From a virus: 64,000 nucleotides of DNA. Where the stretch lies: positions 99,935 through 163,934 of IMG/VR virus record IMGVR_UViG_3300024346_000008; one strand, given 5' to 3'. The notes under the pieces are model-generated. The model ran no database searches and was not told the DNA's origin. It worked only from the letters and a program-made list of their open reading frames with translations. Position 1 is the first letter of the stretch, and each line of letters opens with the position of its first letter. The translations under genes were made by a program, and so were the position numbers. Of the stretch, positions 58,707 through 64,000 are shown piece after piece.

Positions 58707-61700
58707 TTAATCTGTTCTGTTTTTAGGAATACCCGCACGATTGGATATTCCACGCATGTGTTGACGAATAACACCCATTGCTACTTTATGAGCTGGATGT
58801 AATCTGTCATAATCCATTGCGGTATCAATCTTAATTTGATTGCCCGTTTCTGGATTTGTAATTTTCATTTGTAATATTTTTTTAAAGAGATCTTTTTTGC
58901 CACCCTTTGGTTTGTCTTTTGGTGCATCTGCAGATGTTGTTGGTACCGATCCGACCATTGGTGCCCCATACTGTAACACTTTTACGGGCATCGTGTGTCG
59001 TAATGCTGCTAACGCAGACAATCGTGTGTTACCACCCAATAAATAATATCCATTAGAGTGTTTTATCACAATTGGCTCCGGTAATTTTTCCTGTTGTTTT
59101 ATTGCCGTCAATATACCCTTTACATCTTTTTTATATTCTGTACCAATTTTTTTAAGAACTTCCTTTGGATTTTTACTAGATAATACTTCTGGAACTTCAC
59201 TATTTGATAGTTGCTCCAACTCGTCTTTTGTCAAGACTTCACTGGGTGCTGCCAAAATTAATTTCTTTAATTCTTCTGCAGAATCAGCCATGTCAGGAAA
59301 CGATTCAATAGTTCGTTCGTTTTTAAAATATTCACCAACTTCGTTGTCTAATTCATCCTTAGTATAATCTCGTACATATACATAGACCTTTAATTTTTCA
59401 GACTTAGTATTTTCGGTTAGTATGGATTCATTTGCATTCATTGCATCTTGTACCATTTTTTCTGCTGCTTTTCTAACCGGCTCGTTCTCTGGATATTTTA
59501 AGGCCGTTGCCACTAAGATATCACGATTAGTTTTTGGATTACGAACCTTGTTACCCAATACGGATTTTGCGCGACCAATTGCTGTTGCATCGGGTTTTTT
59601 CTTTCCCCGCTTTTTTGTTGCTGGTTCTTCTTGACTTGCGTGCATATCCGTCAACTTGCGTGCTTCTTCTGCGTCGGTTGTTGTTTTAATAATTTTCTTA
59701 AATATTTTTGGATCAAACTTACCATACACTTTCGTAAAGATTTCTTGTTTTGCTCTATCGGTAATATTTGGGTCACCCATAATAGCACGTAGTTGAGTTC
59801 CACTGATATTTTTCCCATCGATATCTAATTTCATCTCTGGTGCTACGATAAAATATCCTTTGTCTTTATATCCTTTGTGCTCCCCATCTGGTACATCATC
59901 AAAATTACGGAAGTACTTTCCACCGCCCAATCGATCAGCATCTTTTTGACTGACTGCCGTCACATACGAAGTTTCAGGAGGAAGTTTATCTAAAATTTCT
60001 ACTGGTGCATATGGATTTCTAACCTGCACCACCATCTCGTCGGGAATGTCAAACATACGAGTCATAATATCTTTCTTTTCCTTAAATCCAAATGGAGATT
60101 TAATAGGATCTGTCACATTACTGGACGCAATGTATACATTTTCTTTACCAAACTTCTTCACCATTGCTTCATAAATACTATAATGACCCGCATGAAATGG
60201 TTGAAAACGACCAGTGAATATTGCCACCGTGCGTTTTGGTACAGACGGTTCAGTTGGTGTTGATGGTTCCATTGAGGTAGGTGAAGTCGTTTCACCCGGC
60301 AAATTATATGTTGCTTCATATTCTTTTTTAGCCACTCGATAATATCCTTCACCATCTTTCACCAAATAGTCACCGGGCTTTAATACCATTTGTTCTCCCC
60401 ACGGTGCGGTGAAGGTTACTTCATCTTTGCCTGTATATCGTGCCACTTGTCTTGGAGATTGTTCTGGGATTACGGTACCGTCATCTTGTTTAGCATATAA
60501 CTTCTCAAATTTTGCTGCTTTTACTACATATTTTTCTCCGCTGGGACCGGACATAATAATATCACCTGGCGCTGCGGTATTTTCTGTTTCTTTGCCGTCT
60601 GCTGTAATGGTTACCACCTTCATCTCAGATGTAGCGGTGGCAAACGTCATCGGTTCCATGTCTTCTAAGGCAGAACTATCTTCAACTTCCCCGTGATTAG
60701 AATATTTTACAGGTTTCTTTGTAACGGGTTTAAATTGTAATTTATCGGTAACAGATTTAATATCCGTTGGTTCTTCTGGTTCCTCTGATTCCGGTGGAGT
60801 CATACCAAACTTAAAGGTACCGGTAATTTGATTGATGGGCGCAAACTGTCCGGTGAACTTATATGGTTTCCCGTTGTAAATAAATACGACACCTTCGGAT
60901 GGGACTATATTATCTATGCCCATTGCTTCCAATCGTTCTAATTCCCGCTGTAGTTTACCAATTTTATCAGGTTGATTACTATCACGAATGGCTTTAATTG
61001 CTTCTAAGACATCTCGTTTTAATTGATTACTTGCTTCTGGGTTATTAACGGATAGAAAGTTGGTAACTCGACGCAAAGAATCTGTTCCTGCCTGTAAAAA
61101 TGTCATTTCGATAGGATTGATCATTTTCTTTTGTGCAGCAGCCAATGATTCTTTTTCATATTGCCTAAACCATTTCTTGGTTTCATCGTTTTCTATATTT
61201 TTTACACCAAACTTCTTGTCACCATCTGCCCACCGACGAACTAACCCATCAAACTCATCTTCGGATAACTCCATACCCGTTCGTTCCATTTCTTTTTGAA
61301 TTTCCTGTTCCCACCATGCACGACGATAGTCTGCCAATGTTGAATTTTCGTCCAATCCAAACTCTTGTGCAGTCCGATCCAATCGTCCATTATATTGTTC
61401 TGCCTTTTGTTGATATCGTTCTGTTTCCGCATCACTAAAGGCAATTGTTTTTGGTCCGCTAATACCAAACGTTTGTTGTTTATCTGCCCCAACTGCAGTC
61501 ACCGCATCGGCAAATTCCTTGCCATCAGTATTAGAACGTCCAATTTCATTACCATCTTCGTCATATTCAATGGTGCCATGCATGACCAACACACTTTTTC
61601 CATACGGGATAACATTTTGGGTGTCGGGGAGGATAACTTCTAAGCTCATGAACTTTGAACCGTCTCCGAACATTTGCTGGCGTTGCTCCGGTGTCAATTT

Positions 61701-63233
61701 TTCTACTGCTGCTTGTAAATCTTCTGCTGCCCCAGTAAATGCCTTTTCAATATTGCCACGACCTGCAAACATATTCCGAATACCTGCGGTGTCCAGTGCG
61801 TTTTTTCCACGATTTTTTACCTGTCCTTTATTACGAGCAAATACAATCTGGCCGTCACGTATTGAGAAGGCAATGTTCTGACCGTCTAGTTTTTCGGTGA
61901 CCGGCGCTTCTTGATCCAATCCACCGAGTAACCCACGGTCAATCATTTCCTTCATATCTTTGAAGGTAAGTTCTTCATCTTCAAATGGATGTGCAAGGTG
62001 TCCTGCTGCACCGCCTTCCATAAGATATCTGCCCGTTTCATTCCAGCACTTATGACATACAAATGGGTGTTTGCCACCGTCGTTTGCATTCCACGCCCAT
62101 CCGCAGACTCGACATTTAATTGTATTTTCTGAAATATAGATGCTATTATCTACCTTACCGTAATCACGAAGGAGAATGCCCGCAATAATGTTGGCGTTAT
62201 TTTCAATACGTGACCCCGTGGCGCCATCAATTTCGGGATTTGTAATATATCCCATCTCATTTTGCTTTTGATGTGCCATTTCGTGCGCAACGGTTCGTAA
62301 AATATCGGCAAGTAATCTATCTTCGACAACCACAAAGATTTGATTAGAAATTACATCATATTTGCCCAAACTTGTTAGGCTATCGTCTGCTGGCATCAAT
62401 GAAACAACGGGAGTTTGTTGTAAATTTAATCGAACTGCGGCATATGTAACAAATTGTTGTACATCCATTGCAATGCCGTCCGGAGAATAGCATTCTTTCA
62501 CTTTATCTCGCCCGTGGTCTTTCTTTGCAAGCTTCCATGACCCGCCATGTGGGCCCTTTGGATGATGTACGTCATGATTTTTCATTTTACTCTTGCCATG
62601 TTTCTTAACTGCCTTACGACGGTCGCGGTTGCGCGCAACTCTATCGTGAACGGTATCCTTTAAATACTTGCTTACCTTTTTAGGATGCCGTTTATAATAT
62701 CGTCTAACACGCTCGGTACTACTATCTGCTTCATCAACGGTATCAGTTGCCTCGTACTCATCGTCGTCACGGTGCATGCCCGATTCATCGTCGGCATACT
62801 TTAATAATAAGGGTTTTTTAAGGATGGGCAAGTTGCTATTATATGCACCCACCAACCCCGATAGCGGATAATCTATACCTTCCCCTACCTCACCCTCCGA
62901 TAACCCCGTAGAGGTCAAACTGGGGTCCGCTAGACCCCTATCCGATGACACTGCGTAGGTCATCAACATAGGATAATGGTGAGCACCGTATTTAAATGCT
63001 ATTTTACATTTATCACGAATTGTTGCCACGCTATCCGTTGGGGATATAGTATACGATTCATCTAATTTCATAGATAAAATTAAATTATTATAATTCTTGT
63101 GCAATTCGGTTAGTGCTTTAGCTGCCACAAATTTAATATCCGTGGATACTTCGTGTTGTAATGTATACCGAAGTGCGGCACAACGTTGTGCATTATCTAT
63201 TGGCAATAAAAGGTTTTTATGTAAAATGTCCAC
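58707..63233 (-). CDS. Multi-domain polyvalent protein: HNH-like, zincin peptidase, Zn ribbon, RNA-ligase-like nucleotidyltransferase, PGD repeats, HxGH nucleotidyltransferase, ParB-like
   Basis: DVHH; HEMAH (62271-62285); CRVC/CHKC; EKLDG (61881-61895), EGVVF (60882-60896), YKF; PGDII/PGDYL; GRFQPFHAGH...ISGT.LR; PIVI...LLGGNTR. Confidence 0.8.
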   Translation of the reverse strand: MDILHKNLLLPIDNAQRCAALRYTLQHEVSTDIKFVAAKALTELHKNYNNLILSMKLDESYTISPTDSVATIRDKCKIAFKYGAHHYPMLMTYAVSSDRGLADPSLTSTGLSEGEVGEGIDYPLSGLVGAYNSNLPILKKPLLLKYADDESGMHRDDDEYEATDTVDEADSSTERVRRYYKRHPKKVSKYLKDTVHDRVARNRDRRKAVKKHGKSKMKNHDVHHPKGPHGGSWKLAKKDHGRDKVKECYSPDGIAMDVQQFVTYAAVRLNLQQTPVVSLMPADDSLTSLGKYDVISNQIFVVVEDRLLADILRTVAHEMAHQKQNEMGYITNPEIDGATGSRIENNANIIAGILLRDYGKVDNSIYISENTIKCRVCGWAWNANDGGKHPFVCHKCWNETGRYLMEGGAAGHLAHPFEDEELTFKDMKEMIDRGLLGGLDQEAPVTEKLDGQNIAFSIRDGQIVFARNKGQVKNRGKNALDTAGIRNMFAGRGNIEKAFTGAAEDLQAAVEKLTPEQRQQMFGDGSKFMSLEVILPDTQNVIPYGKSVLVMHGTIEYDEDGNEIGRSNTDGKEFADAVTAVGADKQQTFGISGPKTIAFSDAETERYQQKAEQYNGRLDRTAQEFGLDENSTLADYRRAWWEQEIQKEMERTGMELSEDEFDGLVRRWADGDKKFGVKNIENDETKKWFRQYEKESLAAAQKKMINPIEMTFLQAGTDSLRRVTNFLSVNNPEASNQLKRDVLEAIKAIRDSNQPDKIGKLQRELERLEAMGIDNIVPSEGVVFIYNGKPYKFTGQFAPINQITGTFKFGMTPPESEEPEEPTDIKSVTDKLQFKPVTKKPVKYSNHGEVEDSSALEDMEPMTFATATSEMKVVTITADGKETENTAAPGDIIMSGPSGEKYVVKAAKFEKLYAKQDDGTVIPEQSPRQVARYTGKDEVTFTAPWGEQMVLKPGDYLVKDGEGYYRVAKKEYEATYNLPGETTSPTSMEPSTPTEPSVPKRTVAIFTGRFQPFHAGHYSIYEAMVKKFGKENVYIASSNVTDPIKSPFGFKEKKDIMTRMFDIPDEMVVQVRNPYAPVEILDKLPPETSYVTAVSQKDADRLGGGKYFRNFDDVPDGEHKGYKDKGYFIVAPEMKLDIDGKNISGTQLRAIMGDPNITDRAKQEIFTKVYGKFDPKIFKKIIKTTTDAEEARKLTDMHASQEEPATKKRGKKKPDATAIGRAKSVLGNKVRNPKTNRDILVATALKYPENEPVRKAAEKMVQDAMNANESILTENTKSEKLKVYVYVRDYTKDELDNEVGEYFKNERTIESFPDMADSAEELKKLILAAPSEVLTKDELEQLSNSEVPEVLSSKNPKEVLKKIGTEYKKDVKGILTAIKQQEKLPEPIVIKHSNGYYLLGGNTRLSALAALRHTMPVKVLQYGAPMVGSVPTTSADAPKDKPKGGKKDLFKKILQMKITNPETGNQIKIDTAMDYDRLHPAHKVAMGVIRQHMRGISNRAGIPKNRTD

Positions 63234-63258
63234 AAATTCTCCCAGTTAATCTTATTCT

Positions 63259-63268
63259 TATAAATATC
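63259..63268 (-). promoter_or_regulatory. Putative late promoter motif GATATTTATA (polyvalent protein)
   Basis: About 26 nt upstream of GTG 63233. Confidence 0.65.
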
Positions 63269-63290
63269 AGTGGTTATTAGATAACATCAA

Positions 63291-64000
63291 TCACGGATTA
63301 CCATGCGCAGAATACAAATTGCCACTTGAAACCCAGTATATGTCCCGCGTTGAACAATTTGGTTCGGTGCACAATCCCGGACCTATGAATATTCTTCCCG
63401 CTGTTAATGGATACCCCGATGTATCTGTTCTTAATGTACCTTGAATAAATCGTGTTTGTCCTAACGAATCTGAATACCAGAGTAAGTTATCCAACGTTGT
63501 TACCCAAATTTTACCCGCAGGTTTGCCAGAAAATCCAGACGGCATACTCAATGGAATTGCACCTACTAAACTAAATGTAATAGAACTAACTGTCCACGCC
63601 AACGCATTACCAGATACAGACAATTTAATTGTTGGTAATACAACACCGGTCGGTGTATTTGTTGGTGTTACTGTCGGGGTGTTCGTAGGTGTTGCTGTTG
63701 GCGTATTGGTTGGTGTGGCGCCAGGTAGTGTATTAGTTGGTGTTGCTGTCGGGGTGTTAGTTGGCGTTGGCGTTGCCGTTGGCGTATTAGTTGGTGTTGC
63801 TGTCGGGGTGTTAGTTGGCGTTGGCGTTGCCGTTGGCGTATTAGTTGGTGTTGCTGTTGGGGTATTAGTTGGCGTTGCCGCCAACGGCGTATTGGTTGGT
63901 GTTGCTGTTGGCGTATTGGTTGGTGTTGCTGTTGGAGTATTGGTCGGCGTTGCCGCTAACGGCGTGTTGGTTGGTGTTGCTGTTGGAGTATTGGTCGGCG
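63291..64000 (-). CDS. Mucin-like Thr/Pro-rich protein, C-terminal part (start beyond window)
   Basis: The frame stays open to the window edge, with [17 protein letters not shown] repeats followed by a small globular C-terminal domain. Confidence 0.8.
   Translation of the reverse strand, partial: PTNTPTATPTNTPLAATPTNTPTATPTNTPTATPTNTPLAATPTNTPTATPTNTPTATPTPTNTPTATPTNTPTATPTPTNTPTATPTNTLPGATPTNTPTATPTNTPTVTPTNTPTGVVLPTIKLSVSGNALAWTVSSITFSLVGAIPLSMPSGFSGKPAGKIWVTTLDNLLWYSDSLGQTRFIQGTLRTDTSGYPLTAGRIFIGPGLCTEPNCSTRDIYWVSSGNLYSAHGNP

Noticed and set aside
84-61881. Numerous plus-strand ORFs of 60-225 aa
   Set aside because: All lie antisense to well-supported minus-strand genes and show no recognisable motifs.
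1-64000. Alternative genetic code (stop-codon reassignment)
   Set aside because: Core genes are full length under code 11, and TAA, TGA and TAG all occur as apparently genuine stops.
1-64000. tRNA or other structured RNA genes
   Set aside because: Intergenic gaps are short (at most about 140 nt) and I recognised no cloverleaf or T-loop signature.

Overview
A 64-kb late (virion morphogenesis) region of a large T4-like myophage. Essentially all real genes lie on the minus strand and standard code 11 works. In transcription order (high to low coordinates) it contains: (1) a Thr/Pro mucin-like ORF truncated at the window edge; (2) a 1508-aa multi-enzyme protein; (3) large terminase, small head-associated proteins, portal, prohead protease, a HAD phosphatase, ribosomal protein bS21, scaffold and major capsid; (4) neck, tail-completion, sheath and tube genes; (5) about 26 kb of Ser/Gly/Thr-rich tail-fibre, lectin and mucin-like genes; (6) an 8-gene glycan cassette (2x GT60, DUF5672, GT25, FkbM MTase, GT11, sugar O-MTase, GDP-mannose-3,5-epimerase-like); (7) a SNF2 helicase, a tail-chaperone pair with a candidate +1 frameshift, and the start of the tape-measure gene. 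The strongest candidate new systems are four. First, a phage-encoded mucin-type O-glycosylation system for the virion, with enzymes, substrates and a possible [ST]-[GA]-S sequon. Second, a protease-cleavable, capsid-packaged polyprotein carrying RNA-ligase-like, HxGH nucleotidyltransferase, zincin and ParB-like domains. Third, a roughly 95-aa insertion domain shared between the major capsid and tail sheath proteins. Fourth, a late-promoter-like motif ATATTTATA, the reverse complement of the T4 late box. Family assignments come from motif recognition by eye; no searches were run.
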